The position numbers were made by a program, and so were the translations under genes. A DNA stretch of 64,000 nucleotides, from the NCBI GenBank assembly GCA_030704615.1, contig CM060731.1:24800001-24864000 (forward strand), given 5' to 3'. The stretch is from Takakia lepidozioides. Its lineage: Eukaryota; Plantae; Bryophyta. Position 1 is the stretch's first letter. Each line of letters begins with the position of its first letter. Of the stretch, positions 63,415 through 64,000 are shown one piece after another. The notes under the pieces were generated by a model, which did no database searches, was not told the DNA's origin, and saw only the letters and a list, made by a program, of their open reading frames with translations.

Positions 63415-64000
63415 TGCATGAGAAGATGCAAAGGGTGGCGGATGAGAACCCTTCAGGGCAGTGGAAGGAGATCATTGTTGATGTTGACGATGAGTTCTAT
63501 GAAAGCAAAGCCGCTGAGATGCTGGGGGGTCAGAAGGTACACTCTCAGCTTGTGGTGCAAAAATATGCTTGCCCCGGGTGGGAGGTTGAAGATTCCTTTG
63601 TGTAGGTTGGTTTCCATGCCCGTCGTTCGTCCACCCCTCATCAAGGACATCCTGAAGCTGGAGGCCGAGTTTGTTCATGGGTATTTGGATGGATCCGCAG
63701 TCTTTTACGTTTCTACTAGGGATTCAAGAGGTAATGAGCTCCTTGTGGATGAGTCAATCGTGGACTCCTGGGATCCCATTTGGAGACATGTGAACGAATC
63801 CTTCGAACTTCTTCTCTCCAGGAAACCTTCGACCCAGGCATTCTCAGGGAAGATGTTTCACGTATGGGATGGCAACCACCGGTTGCTTGCATGGATGGCT
63901 GTCATTGAGAGGCTGCACTCACAGGAGGAAGAGTGACATTACTCTGTTTGATCGATGGTGCTGGATTGTGACGGGAACATGATGGGTCTTCTGACGGCAA
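63415..64000 (+). pseudogene. ParB/sulfiredoxin-fold protein pseudogene, running off the window
   Basis: KIPLCRLVSMPVVRP...FYVS...GKMFHVWDGNHRLLAWM: the hydrophobic strand plus DGxHR motif is typical of ParB-N/Srx. Probable frameshift near 63562; TGA stops at 63934 and 63949. Confidence 0.7.

Overview
Eukaryotic nuclear DNA from a land plant, probably a non-seed plant (spliceosomal introns, PLS-type PPR remnants, Tcn1-like chromovirus). The left ~21 kb is gene-rich: a minus-strand myosin-TH1/PH-like gene with duplicated 'ESWS' exons, 5-formyl-THF cyclo-ligase, a trihelix transcription factor, a Cys-containing PSY-like peptide precursor and a divergent dirigent-like gene. LSF2 glucan phosphatase lies at 37.7-40.4 kb. 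The rest is nested, mostly decayed mobile DNA: a MITE carrying a tRNA-SINE, a Harbinger, a LINE tail, a CACTA end, two MULE-type transposases with GCM-like/DDE/SWIM architecture, and a full-length TSD-flanked chromoviral LTR element that appears to self-prime. The most striking structure is two oppositely oriented arrays of a ~116-bp monomer, each monomer carrying a 16-bp-arm palindrome, arranged in a higher-order pattern. The second array runs directly into a ParB/sulfiredoxin-fold pseudogene at the window end. All calls come from reading the sequence by eye; no searches were run, and exon models and element edges are approximate unless stated.
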